Assembly (NCBI GenBank): GCA_011772965.1
Contig: WVYN01000050.1
Span: 155,029-219,028, forward strand
DNA: 64,000 nt
Reading direction: 5' to 3'
Origin: Gammaproteobacteria bacterium
GTDB taxonomy: Bacteria; Pseudomonadota; Gammaproteobacteria; Eutrophobiales; Eutrophobiaceae
The notes below the pieces were generated by a model, which was given only the letters and a program-made list of their open reading frames with translations, was not told where the DNA came from and ran no database searches. The position numbers and the translations under genes are program-made. Each line of letters starts with the position of its first letter. Position 1 is the stretch's first letter. Shown here one piece after another: positions 9,471 through 19,116 of this stretch.

Positions 9471-10676
9471 ATGCGGTACATTGATAATTTAAATCTCGCA
9501 TTTAATGCAATTGGAGCACATCATGTACGAACCTTGCTTATCCTCATAGGAATTTCTATCGGGGTTAGTTCTGTCATTCTTCTAACTGCCCTGGGTGATA
9601 GTGCGCGCCGGTATGTTATTAGTGAATTTGCAGCATTGGGTACAAATCTCATCGTAATTCTACCGGGCCGTTCCGAAACAACAGGTGGGCCACCGCCATT
9701 AATGGGGGAAACACCACGTGATTTGACCGTTGATGATGCCATGTCCTTATTGCGCTCCTATAACATTTCCCGGGTTGCGCCAATAACCGTGGGCTCAACT
9801 CCAGTTAACTATCAGGGCCGCGAAAGAGTAGTTGATGTCATCGGCACTACTGCAGATATGAAAGAAATACGTCATTTGGAAATGGCGCAAGGTGATTTTT
9901 TGCCGAGAACTGATCCACGTGAAGCGTCTCCGGTTTGCGTAGTTGGCGAAAAAATCCGTAAGGAATTATTTGGCCCGGAAAAATCTTTGGGGGAATGGTT
10001 GCGTACTGGGAATCGGCGCTGTCGGGTGATCGGAATAATAAAATCCACGGGAGTATCTATTGGTGTCGATCTGGATGATATTGTTATTATTCCCGTTGCT
10101 TCAGCCCAGATACTGTTTGATTCACCGGGATTGTTTCGGGTATTGGTAGAGGCAAAAAGATCATCATTAATCGGGGCTGCATCAGAAGATGCCCGCCAAA
10201 TAATCAAGGACCGTCATGAAGGTGAAGACGATATCACCATTATTACCCAGGATAGTATTATTGCCACATTCGACAAGATATTAAGCACATTAACCTATGG
10301 CCTAGCCGGTATCGGTACAATTAGTCTTGCAGTCGCCGGCATATTAATCATGAATGTTATGCTGGTCTCGGTGGCACAACGCCGAAATGAAATTGGTTTG
10401 CTCAAAGCAATAGGCGCTCCCAAACATGAAATATTAAAACTCTTTATTAGTGAGGCTTTGTTATTTTCAGTCTCTGGAGCGTTACTGGGATTATTACTTG
10501 GTCTTGGTGCAACAGAAATTATAAAACGCTTATATCCCACTTTCCCGGTTGCTGTCCCTGCCTGGGGAATCATAGCGGCATGTGGTATAGCGATTATTAC
10601 GGGTGTTTTATTTGGCGTACTTCCTGCAAAAAGAGCAGCCGAACTCGATCCAATTCTGGCATTGGAAAAACACTAG
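9471..10676 (+). CDS. ABC transporter permease, FtsX/MacB family (periplasmic MacB-PCD plus 4 TM)
   Basis: N-terminal TM, large periplasmic domain, three C-terminal TM helices characteristic of FtsX-like permeases. Start placed at ATG 9471 (MRYIDNLNLAF...) just after the ATPase stop. Confidence 0.8.
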   Translation: MRYIDNLNLAFNAIGAHHVRTLLILIGISIGVSSVILLTALGDSARRYVISEFAALGTNLIVILPGRSETTGGPPPLMGETPRDLTVDDAMSLLRSYNISRVAPITVGSTPVNYQGRERVVDVIGTTADMKEIRHLEMAQGDFLPRTDPREASPVCVVGEKIRKELFGPEKSLGEWLRTGNRRCRVIGIIKSTGVSIGVDLDDIVIIPVASAQILFDSPGLFRVLVEAKRSSLIGAASEDARQIIKDRHEGEDDITIITQDSIIATFDKILSTLTYGLAGIGTISLAVAGILIMNVMLVSVAQRRNEIGLLKAIGAPKHEILKLFISEALLFSVSGALLGLLLGLGATEIIKRLYPTFPVAVPAWGIIAACGIAIITGVLFGVLPAKRAAELDPILALEKH

Positions 10677-10679
10677 CAT

Positions 10680-11879
10680 ATGACTTTTATCGACCTTGCA
10701 AAATTGTCATTAGGTGCTGTTTTTGCTTATAAATTACGTTCGGCGCTAACCGTTCTTGGAATTCTTGTCGGTATAGGTTCTGTGGTCATACTTACATCGA
10801 TAGGAGAAGGTGTGCGGGTTTATGTTGTGAATGAATTTACCCAGTTTGGCACCAATATTGTTGCAGTTGTGCCTGGGAAAACAGAAACTTTTGGAATTTC
10901 AGGTGCCACCATAAGTACGGTTCGTCCCTTGACAATAGATGATCTTGAATCTTTGAAAAGATTAAATAATGTTATTGCTGTTGTACCCGTAGTCCAGGGA
11001 AATGCGAATGTCGAATTTGGATCCCGTAGTCGTCGCACAATTGTCCTGGGCGTAAACTCCAAGGTCCCCGAAGTCTGGAAGATGCCAGTTAGAAGTGGCC
11101 GTTTTCTGCCGGAGGATAATATGCGCGCATCACGGGCTTTTGCGGTCTTGGGTTCGAAAATGCGGGATGAATTATTTGGCAATACAAACCCGCTTGGCCA
11201 GCGAATTCGTGTTGGTGGAGATCGTTACCGGGTTATTGGTGTAATGGCACCAAAGGGACAGCTCCTAGGATTTGATCTGGATGACACCATTTATCTGCCT
11301 ATTGATAAGGCCCTGGAAATGTTCAATCGGGAAGGACTTATGGAGATTGATGTACTTTATGAAGGAGGCATCTCAGTTGATAAACTTACAGAAAATATCA
11401 AGCGAAATCTGATTGCAAGACATGGCGATGAAGATTTTACCATCATTACCCAGGACAAGATGCTGGACGTACTTGGATCAATTCTTGATATTCTGACACT
11501 CGGTGTTGCAGCAATTGGTGGTATTTCCTTGTTGGTAGGAGCGGTAGGTATTTTGACAATTATGACTATATCCGTAACCGAGAGAATTTCAGAAATTGGG
11601 CTCTTGCGCGCATTGGGAGCGAGACGCTCTCATATTCTGCATTTATTTCTTGGAGAGGCAGTATTTCTCAGTGTCATAGGAGGTTTATTAGGAGTGCTTG
11701 CTGCAATAGTCTCGGTCTTCATGCTGAAGTTTTTTTTACCGTCCTTGCCAATAGAGATTGCATGGATTTATGTCATAACAGCATTGGTTCTGGCTTTACT
11801 CATCGGCGTAATTACAGGGATCATACCAGCCATACGTGCGGCATCCATGCAACCTCTAGAGGCATTAAGAACAGAATAG
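10680..11879 (+). CDS. Second ABC transporter permease, FtsX/MacB family (paralogue of preceding gene)
   Basis: Same architecture as the preceding permease, with a parallel motif GEGVRVYVVNEFTQFGTNIVAVVPGKTE. Confidence 0.8.
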   Translation: MTFIDLAKLSLGAVFAYKLRSALTVLGILVGIGSVVILTSIGEGVRVYVVNEFTQFGTNIVAVVPGKTETFGISGATISTVRPLTIDDLESLKRLNNVIAVVPVVQGNANVEFGSRSRRTIVLGVNSKVPEVWKMPVRSGRFLPEDNMRASRAFAVLGSKMRDELFGNTNPLGQRIRVGGDRYRVIGVMAPKGQLLGFDLDDTIYLPIDKALEMFNREGLMEIDVLYEGGISVDKLTENIKRNLIARHGDEDFTIITQDKMLDVLGSILDILTLGVAAIGGISLLVGAVGILTIMTISVTERISEIGLLRALGARRSHILHLFLGEAVFLSVIGGLLGVLAAIVSVFMLKFFLPSLPIEIAWIYVITALVLALLIGVITGIIPAIRAASMQPLEALRTE

Positions 11880-11892
11880 AACAATAGGAGAA

Positions 11893-12105
11893 GTGATGAG
11901 TATTAAAGCCTATGTAACAATAATTTTAATATTATTGTCAACGATCTTTATTGTACAAAATCTTGAGATAGTTGAAGTGCATTTTTTCTTATGGCAGCTT
12001 AATATTTCCCGTGCCGTATTAGTAATATTATTATTGCTTATCGGTTTTTTAATTGGCTGGTTATTACATGGCTATTTCCAGCACTATAAATCGAGGCAAG
12101 AATGA
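11893..12105 (+). CDS. LapA-family (DUF1049) small inner-membrane protein
   Basis: 70 aa, two TM helices. Good SD (AGGAGA) 6 nt upstream of the ATG. Resembles LPS-assembly LapA/YciS-type proteins. Confidence 0.5.
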   Translation: MMSIKAYVTIILILLSTIFIVQNLEIVEVHFFLWQLNISRAVLVILLLLIGFLIGWLLHGYFQHYKSRQE

Positions 12106-12117
12106 AAGAAATTAGCA

Positions 12118-13008
12118 TCAGATGAATAATCCCGGAAAGTGAGAAGTACATGCCATGACGTGTGTAATGGCATTGGTATCATATTTGTCACCTGATCGGT
12201 AATCCTCAAAAAACTTATTAAGAGTTTTTACCTTGTCCGGCCATTTATCCCAGGACTGCAATCCGAGTGAGATACCATAATTTGTAAAAGCAAATTTTAT
12301 TTCCTGCCATCCTGGTTGCCGACAAAAAAAACCTGGTTTCTCGATCCAGAGCTGCTCAAGTTGTTGAAGACTCCTTTTTTTCTGTATAAGTGACCATTCC
12401 TCATTCGGCAAAAAATGGCAGAGCCAGAGCATCATGCCCAGGCCAAGGTCCTGATCTATAATAAGTTTATTGTAAGTCTGGGATATCAGCTGATACATGT
12501 CATTGATTTCAGAAGCGAGGATATCTTCATCTAGCAGTTTGTAAACAACATAGCCATCATAGGCATCCATCGCCCCAAGACCATAACCGGGATAGGCACC
12601 GGAAAGGTCTTCTTCCATTTTCCAGATTACCCCAAGACCAGGTATTACGAAATGTGAATGTATTTGTTTCACGAGTTTGATGGCTTCACTCTGATAACTG
12701 GATTTTAGCCTGCCCAGGCAGATCAGCGCATAGAGCCACATGGCAAGATAATGATAGTACTGGCCGTCCCGATCCTCCGCTTCGCCGATGCGTAATCCTG
12801 CCTGTCGCCCGAGCACACGGTAAACTTCTGTTACCAGATTTTCCGCCTTGTTGAGCCAGGAAATATCACCTGTATGTTCATAGAGAGAGACATAGAGCAC
12901 CACCCCGAAAGCATCGGTCCATAGGTAACGCAGACCGCTTGGCCAGATTTCATTATCTTCCATCCATTGAAGTTTTCTTGTAATGTATGAAATTTCTTCA
13001 AGCGGCAT
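12118..13008 (-). CDS. Hypothetical protein, 296 aa, Trp/Tyr-rich, no recognisable domain
   Basis: Long clean ORF on the minus strand immediately downstream of the PIMT-Ere fusion gene. Confidence 0.5.
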   Translation of the reverse strand: MPLEEISYITRKLQWMEDNEIWPSGLRYLWTDAFGVVLYVSLYEHTGDISWLNKAENLVTEVYRVLGRQAGLRIGEAEDRDGQYYHYLAMWLYALICLGRLKSSYQSEAIKLVKQIHSHFVIPGLGVIWKMEEDLSGAYPGYGLGAMDAYDGYVVYKLLDEDILASEINDMYQLISQTYNKLIIDQDLGLGMMLWLCHFLPNEEWSLIQKKRSLQQLEQLWIEKPGFFCRQPGWQEIKFAFTNYGISLGLQSWDKWPDKVKTLNKFFEDYRSGDKYDTNAITHVMACTSHFPGLFI

Positions 13009-13042
13009 AGTCTGAACTTTGGTCTAATTCCATTCAGTACAT

Positions 13043-15037
13043 TTATAACCCGAATGGAAATGTTTCTGGCATTCCAATTCCTGCTTCGGGGCCGAGAGCA
13101 TCAACAGCACGAGTTTCATCAAACCAGATATACTCATCGAATTGGCGGGGCAGGGAAGCATTGAAATAATGACTTTGCAATTCGGTCTCGGGACGATATA
13201 TCACGCCAATAGCTCGTTCCAGACGTGGTCGGGAGAGTTCCTTTACAACTCTCTGACTACGGTCCTTTAAAGGCAGCATAAAGGCATTGAGACCGGAATC
13301 ATGACATAACCGTTCGTAACTCTCCGGGTGTGAGGGACGCACTGTCTTGATCTCCATTGGTGCGCCCCAGTCTGAAGCTGCGGCAACCGTTCCTGTGTGG
13401 GTGCCGAAACCGATCAGGTAGGCAGCCTCTGCAAATTCCTTGCGGCAAAGATGACCGACATTTATCTCTCCCCGGACTCCCATGTCCGTTGCTGCCGCAT
13501 CCCCAATATGTGAATTATGTTCCCAGATAACCGCTCTTGCCTCGGGACCGTGAAAATCCAGTAAACTCTTGAGAGTTTCGAACATGTGCTCGTCACGGAA
13601 ATTCCATGATTCACGCGATCCCAGGTACATGATGCGGTAATATTGTTCTGCGTTTTTCACAAGCCGCGCATTTGAAACAGCATCCAGGAACCGTCGTCCG
13701 TCCTGTTCTGCATAGACCAGCCGTTTTTGCATTAATGCATTCAGCATGGCAACAACCTCTTTTTCACAACCCTTGTGTTTACCGGTTAGAGCTGCCGCGC
13801 CATAGGTGGACGGATCTGTCTCCCAGGGTGTCAGGCAACCATAACGGTGACGGGCAACCGCTGCAGTTTCTGCATCGACACCTTCCAGATAATTGATAAC
13901 AGAATTAATAGAGGAATACAGGCTGTAAAGATCCAGTCCATAAAAGCCAACTCTGTCATCAGTATTTGAAAAGCGCTCGTTGTAGTGGCGCAGCCATTTC
14001 ACGAATTCAAGCACCTGAAAGTTAGCCCACATCCAGGTGGGAAAACGGGAAAAGGTGGTTTCTTCAGTTGCTTCCAGCCGCGTATCACGGACAAAATGAT
14101 CAATCTGGGCCGCATCGGGCCAATCAGCCTCTACAGCGACAAAGCGGAAGCCTTTATGCTGTATAAGTTCCTGGGTAATCCGGGCACGCATCTGGTAGAA
14201 CTCCGCAGTCCCGTGTGAAGCCTCGCCCAGCAGGACGAGTCTGGCATCACCAATACGCCTAAGCAAACCAGAGAGGTCAACGCTGTCAATTGAGGGAATA
14301 TGGATTGCAGACATTTCTACCAGTTCAGAGACCGGTTGTGGTTTAGTGACGGGTTCCTTCCTGAGTCTGGGCTTGATTTCTTCCTTGACTTCCTCCCAGC
14401 CTTCTTCCCCGATTAGAGGAACGAAACGGACAGCGCCAAGTTCTTCAATTTCCACCTCTTCCTGATCAGTCCGGGTAATGCGTATCAGTGTCTGCTCTCT
14501 GGTGGAGGGACCGGTCGGGATTACCAGCCGTCCACCAACAGCAAGTTGTTCAATCAGTGAGCGTGGTGCTTCCGGTCCGCCTGCGGCTACAATAATAGCG
14601 TCATAAGGCGCATGTTCAGGCCAGCCAAGGGTTCCGTCACCGCATAAGACGTGGACATTATCGTATTTTAGTTGCTTTAACCGGTTTTCTGACTGGAGGG
14701 CAAGGCTCTGATGGCGTTCAATGGTATACACGTCCCTGGCAATCCGCGACAGAATGGCGGCTGCATAGCCGGACCCTGTTCCGATTTCCAGGACCCTGTC
14801 ATCCGGCCCCAGTTGCAGGGCTTCGGCCATAAGTGCCACGATATAGGGCTGGGATATGGTCTGACCCTCCTCGATAGGCAGGGGCGTATCGTCATAGGCG
14901 AATTCGAGTAGATGGACACCGACAAATTTTTCCCTTGGCACTGTGGCCATGGCTGTCAATACCGCGTTATCCTGAATACCCCTGCTTTTGAGAAGACTGA
15001 TGAAGGCAGCCTTGTCGTATTTAATCAATTTTTCCAC
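13043..15037 (-). CDS. Bifunctional-architecture protein: N-terminal protein-L-isoaspartate O-methyltransferase (PCMT/PIMT) domain fused to C-terminal erythromycin-esterase-like (Ere/ChaN-like) domain
   Basis: N-terminus has SQPYIVALM..VLEIGTGSGYAAAIL..DAIIVAAGGPE, the PCMT SAM-binding motifs. C-terminal ~400 aa has GEASHGTAEFY, FYGLDLYS and IWEHNSHIGD, matching Ere-family motifs. Confidence 0.8.
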   Translation of the reverse strand: MEKLIKYDKAAFISLLKSRGIQDNAVLTAMATVPREKFVGVHLLEFAYDDTPLPIEEGQTISQPYIVALMAEALQLGPDDRVLEIGTGSGYAAAILSRIARDVYTIERHQSLALQSENRLKQLKYDNVHVLCGDGTLGWPEHAPYDAIIVAAGGPEAPRSLIEQLAVGGRLVIPTGPSTREQTLIRITRTDQEEVEIEELGAVRFVPLIGEEGWEEVKEEIKPRLRKEPVTKPQPVSELVEMSAIHIPSIDSVDLSGLLRRIGDARLVLLGEASHGTAEFYQMRARITQELIQHKGFRFVAVEADWPDAAQIDHFVRDTRLEATEETTFSRFPTWMWANFQVLEFVKWLRHYNERFSNTDDRVGFYGLDLYSLYSSINSVINYLEGVDAETAAVARHRYGCLTPWETDPSTYGAAALTGKHKGCEKEVVAMLNALMQKRLVYAEQDGRRFLDAVSNARLVKNAEQYYRIMYLGSRESWNFRDEHMFETLKSLLDFHGPEARAVIWEHNSHIGDAAATDMGVRGEINVGHLCRKEFAEAAYLIGFGTHTGTVAAASDWGAPMEIKTVRPSHPESYERLCHDSGLNAFMLPLKDRSQRVVKELSRPRLERAIGVIYRPETELQSHYFNASLPRQFDEYIWFDETRAVDALGPEAGIGMPETFPFGL

Positions 15038-15260
15038 TACCAGGAACCCCCTGCTTCAAAGCCACCAGAAAGCCTGGTGACAACCATTTCCTGTTTAATA
15101 TTTTTAAAAATCAATTGGTTAAGTGTAACCACTTTACCACAAATTAAATTTGCGAAACCTGATCTAAATCAATAAATATAATGAAAAACATGCGTATGTT
15201 TACAAATGAAAAAACAGTAAATATCTTATCTAAAATCATGTAAACAGGAGTGGAATCAGG

Positions 15261-15731
15261 ATGCTTAAAAAACTGTGTGATTATCTGGACAAGCATAATA
15301 TTCGCTACCTTACCATGCGACATTCTCCTGCAATTACTGCCCAGGAGATTGCCGAAGCAGCACATATCCATGGACAGGAGTTTGCAAAAACCGTGATAGT
15401 AAATCTTGATGGAAATCTGGTTATGGCGGTGTTACCGGCTTCAGAAAAGCTGGATACGGATTTGCTATTAACCGCGGGCCATGGGGAGAAAGCAGAACTG
15501 GCAGGGGAGAGCGAATTTCAGAATCGATTTCCGGAATGCGAGGTAGGCGCAATGCCACCTTTCGGCAATCTTTTTGATATGGATGTCTATATTGAAGAAA
15601 GCATGACTTCAAATAACAACATTACTTTCAATGCGGGCACACACACTGAACTGATTCAAATGTCAATGGAGGATTTTCTAAACCTGCTGCAACCCAGTGT
15701 AGTGCGGATATGCAAATCCTATACTGAATGA
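15261..15731 (+). CDS. YbaK/ProX-like aminoacyl-tRNA deacylase domain protein
   Basis: 156 aa. Weak-to-moderate resemblance to the YbaK/EbsC fold sequence pattern. No strong motif. Confidence 0.5.
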   Translation: MLKKLCDYLDKHNIRYLTMRHSPAITAQEIAEAAHIHGQEFAKTVIVNLDGNLVMAVLPASEKLDTDLLLTAGHGEKAELAGESEFQNRFPECEVGAMPPFGNLFDMDVYIEESMTSNNNITFNAGTHTELIQMSMEDFLNLLQPSVVRICKSYTE

Positions 15732-15870
15732 TTCGTCCCTTGTTTTGCCTATTTTTTAAACCTGGTTTCACAGATTAGCTTTCCCGGTATGGGATATCAT
15801 CTATTGGTTGAAAGATATAAGATATATACAGCCTTAAGTGCTGCAAACTCATATTTGGAGATTTGTCTCA

Positions 15871-18264
15871 ATGAAGGAAAGCACCTCTCATATAATCTGG
15901 TTCGATCAGATTAGCAGGGGTGATGTCTCGCGAGTCGGCGGCAAGAATGCATCTCTCGGGGAGATGATTGTCGCGCTGAAAAAGGAACGAATTCAGGTCC
16001 CGGAAGGTTTTGCTACAACTGCTGATGCTTACTGGATATTTGTCTCGGCAAATAAACTGGAAGTAGTAATCAAGGAAAATCTCTCCAAATTACACTCCAA
16101 TCAAATCGAACTTTCACATGCCGGTCTGTCCATTCGAAATGCCTTCTATCGAAGCAAGTGGCCAGATCAGACTATATCCGAAATTCAGGCCGCCTATGAA
16201 TTGTTATCTGATAAAACTGGTAAAGCAAACGTTGATGTTGCGGTCCGATCAAGCGCAACTGCTGAAGATTTACCTGAGGCAAGTTTTGCCGGACAACAGG
16301 AAAGTTTTTTAAATATTCGCGGTGAAGATGCATTACTTGATGCCTGTCGCAAGTGTTATGCTTCTCTTTTTACTGACAGGGCTATCAGTTACCGGGAAGC
16401 AAAGGGATTTGATCATTTAAAAGTCGCTCTTTCAATTGGTATACAAAAAATGGTCCGTTCTGATCTTGGCAGTGCTGGTGTCATGTTCAGTATCGATACG
16501 GAAACCGGATTTAATAAGGTTGTAGTCATCAATGCAGCATGGGGCCTGGGTGAAAATATTGTCCAGGGAACAGTTGATCCGGATGAGTACCTGGTATTCA
16601 AGTCATTGCTGGGAAATGATAATTTTTATCCAATCATTGAAAGAAAACTCGGCAGCAAGAAACAGAAAATGATATATACATCAAAGGGTGATATACCTAC
16701 ACAAAATATTTCCACCTCTTCATCAGAACGTGATGCTTTTGTACTGGATGATCCGCTAATTCTTCAATTGGCAAAATGGGCCTGCATTATCGAAAAGCAT
16801 TATGGCATACCCATGGATATTGAATGGGCCCGTGATGGAGAAACCGGGGAATTATTTATCGTCCAGGCCCGACCAGAGACGGTACAATCCCAGAAAGCTG
16901 TGTCTTCATTTAGGTCCTGGCAAATTGAATCGGGTGGCAAAAAACTCGGCAAGGGGCTTGCCATCGGGCAGGGCGTGGTGTCTGCACCGGTATGCATAAT
17001 AAATAACTCACAAGATATTGAACATTATGTTGATGGTACGATACTGGTCACAGAGACAACTGATCCTGACTGGGTGCCGGTAATGAAAAATGCGGCAGCC
17101 ATCATTACTGATTATGGTGGTCGTACATCGCATGCTGCTATAGTCAGTCGTGAGCTGGGATTACCGGCCATTGTTAGTGCGGGTAATATGACCAGTATCC
17201 TGAAAAATAATCAGATTATTACCGTTTCCTGCGCTGAGGGTGATGAAGGATATATCTATGATGGCAAGGTGCAATTCAGCGTGGAAGAAATCGAAATTGG
17301 GAGTATTCCTTCCACAAGGACAAAAATCATGCTTAACTTGGCCAACCCGGCTGCTGCATTCAAATGGTGGCGTATTCCGGCAGATGGCATCGGCCTTGCA
17401 CGAATGGAATTTGTCATAAACAACTATGTCAAGGTTCACCCTATGGCACTGGTTCATTTTTCTGATCAGAGAAATGAATTAGTAAAAAGAGATATTGAGA
17501 AATTAACATACGGCTACAAGGTAAAAACTGATTATTTTGTGGATAGATTGTCACTAGGGCTTTCACGCATAGCTGCTGTCTACTATCCAAATCCTGTAAT
17601 CATTCGCATGAGTGATTTCAAGACCAATGAGTATGCAAACCTCATTGGTGGTTCTGATTTTGAACCTCATGAAGAAAATCCAATGCTGGGATTCAGAGGG
17701 GCTTCGCGTTATTACTCGCCATTATATAAGGCCGGCTTTGCACTTGAATGCAAGGCGATACGACGACTTCGTGATGAAATGGGGTTTAAAAATGTGATCG
17801 TAATGATTCCGTTTTGTAGAACAGTTGAGGAAGCAGACCTGGTGTTGAAGGCCATGTCTGAAAATGGATTAACCCGTGGAGAGGACGGAATGGAGGTTTA
17901 TGTCATGTGTGAAATCCCGTCCAATGTAATTTTAGCCAGGGAATTTGCGAAACGTTTTGACGGCTTTTCGATCGGCAGTAATGACTTAACACAGTTAACA
18001 TTGGGAATAGACCGGGATTCGAGTGAGCTTTCTGGAATCTTCGATGACCAGAATGAGGCGGTTCGCTGGATGATCGAACGTGCAATCAAGGAAGCGCATG
18101 CCGGCGGGGCAAAGATAGGCCTGTGTGGTCAGGCACCCAGCGATCATCCCGAGTTTGCAGCTTTCCTTGTAAATTGTGGGATTGATTCCATATCGGTAAC
18201 ACCGGACAGTTTCCTAGAGGTAAAACGTCACGTTGCGACCGCAGAAAAGGCATCAGCCGATTAA
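15871..18264 (+). CDS. ppsA: Phosphoenolpyruvate synthase (pyruvate, water dikinase)
   Basis: DVSRVGGKNASLGEMI N-terminus, phosphohistidine domain (GGRTSHAAIVSRELGLPA), C-terminal PEP-utilising TIM barrel. Start moved to ATG 15871 (MKESTSH). Confidence 0.95.
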   Translation: MKESTSHIIWFDQISRGDVSRVGGKNASLGEMIVALKKERIQVPEGFATTADAYWIFVSANKLEVVIKENLSKLHSNQIELSHAGLSIRNAFYRSKWPDQTISEIQAAYELLSDKTGKANVDVAVRSSATAEDLPEASFAGQQESFLNIRGEDALLDACRKCYASLFTDRAISYREAKGFDHLKVALSIGIQKMVRSDLGSAGVMFSIDTETGFNKVVVINAAWGLGENIVQGTVDPDEYLVFKSLLGNDNFYPIIERKLGSKKQKMIYTSKGDIPTQNISTSSSERDAFVLDDPLILQLAKWACIIEKHYGIPMDIEWARDGETGELFIVQARPETVQSQKAVSSFRSWQIESGGKKLGKGLAIGQGVVSAPVCIINNSQDIEHYVDGTILVTETTDPDWVPVMKNAAAIITDYGGRTSHAAIVSRELGLPAIVSAGNMTSILKNNQIITVSCAEGDEGYIYDGKVQFSVEEIEIGSIPSTRTKIMLNLANPAAAFKWWRIPADGIGLARMEFVINNYVKVHPMALVHFSDQRNELVKRDIEKLTYGYKVKTDYFVDRLSLGLSRIAAVYYPNPVIIRMSDFKTNEYANLIGGSDFEPHEENPMLGFRGASRYYSPLYKAGFALECKAIRRLRDEMGFKNVIVMIPFCRTVEEADLVLKAMSENGLTRGEDGMEVYVMCEIPSNVILAREFAKRFDGFSIGSNDLTQLTLGIDRDSSELSGIFDDQNEAVRWMIERAIKEAHAGGAKIGLCGQAPSDHPEFAAFLVNCGIDSISVTPDSFLEVKRHVATAEKASAD

Positions 18265-18277
18265 TGAATTACAAATA

Positions 18278-18601
18278 ATGAAAAAAAAGAGCACCAGAAA
18301 GAAATCTATCGCCAAACAAAAGAAATGGTCTCAAAAAGTCACTGAGGAAAGTCATGCATTGGAGCTGGAAGAGGGTGTGTTTACACTCAAGGATCCTTCT
18401 GAAATTGCCAAATCTCTCAAGCGTTCAGCCAACCAGAGTAAACAAAGAAAATCTGATCCCTTCCGATCTGCGATGTCGATGCTTACATTTTATATCAACC
18501 GCGCAGGCAAGCAGTTACCCGAGACACAAAGAGCAAAGCTGGAGGCGGCAAAAGATGAACTGAGAACAGTTTTTTGTAAACCACGAAAGAAAACGAAATG
18601 A
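18278..18601 (+). CDS. DUF3175 domain protein
   Basis: About 107 aa from ATG 18278. Pattern WSQKVTEESHALELEEGVF..DPSEIAKSLKRSA..SAMSMLTFYINRAGK matches DUF3175 as I recall it. Confidence 0.5.
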   Translation: MKKKSTRKKSIAKQKKWSQKVTEESHALELEEGVFTLKDPSEIAKSLKRSANQSKQRKSDPFRSAMSMLTFYINRAGKQLPETQRAKLEAAKDELRTVFCKPRKKTK

Positions 18602-18684
18602 TCTTTATGAATTCAATATTCGATATTAGATAAATTAAAAGTAGTTATTACCAGAAAAATAATATTGCACTAATTAATGAGGAA

Positions 18685-19116
18685 TTGATCATGTCACTTT
18701 TATGCGTTGTGGCCGGGCAGAGCCGGGTAAGATTTTTTATTCAGGAAAGCGCCGGGAAACCTTTGGAGGAAATGCCTGGTTTGGAGAATCCAGAAGGTCG
18801 TCTGCATAAACGGGATCTGACCAGTGATCGTCCCGGTCGCACCTTCGATAGCAAAGGTGCAACGCGACATGCAAAAGAACAGAAAACTGATGTTAAAAAA
18901 CAGATCGCCATCAATTTTGCCAAGCAAATCACTTCTTATCTGGAAGACAGAATGAATGAATATAATGAGTTGGTGTTGATTGCACCACCAGCATTTCTTG
19001 GTTTGTTACGTGAAAACCTGCACGAGAACCTGGTGAAACTTGTAGCCAGGGAAATCGACAGGGACATTGTGTCCAGTGATGTAAAAGAGATTCAACAGTA
19101 TTTGGAAAAATTCTGA
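18685..19116 (+). CDS. Host-attachment-protein family protein (PF10116-like)
   Basis: Pattern DRPGR..S.G..RHA.E......FAK.I...L....L.L.APP.FLG.LR is characteristic of this family. Confidence 0.6.
   Translation: MIMSLLCVVAGQSRVRFFIQESAGKPLEEMPGLENPEGRLHKRDLTSDRPGRTFDSKGATRHAKEQKTDVKKQIAINFAKQITSYLEDRMNEYNELVLIAPPAFLGLLRENLHENLVKLVAREIDRDIVSSDVKEIQQYLEKF

Noticed and set aside
15038-15260. tRNA or sRNA in the 222-bp spacer between the PIMT-Ere gene and the YbaK-like gene (also checked the other spacers over 100 bp)
   Set aside because: Sequence is AT-rich promoter-like with no cloverleaf-compatible GC stems or conserved T-loop (GTTCNANNC) motifs. No tRNA found anywhere in the window.
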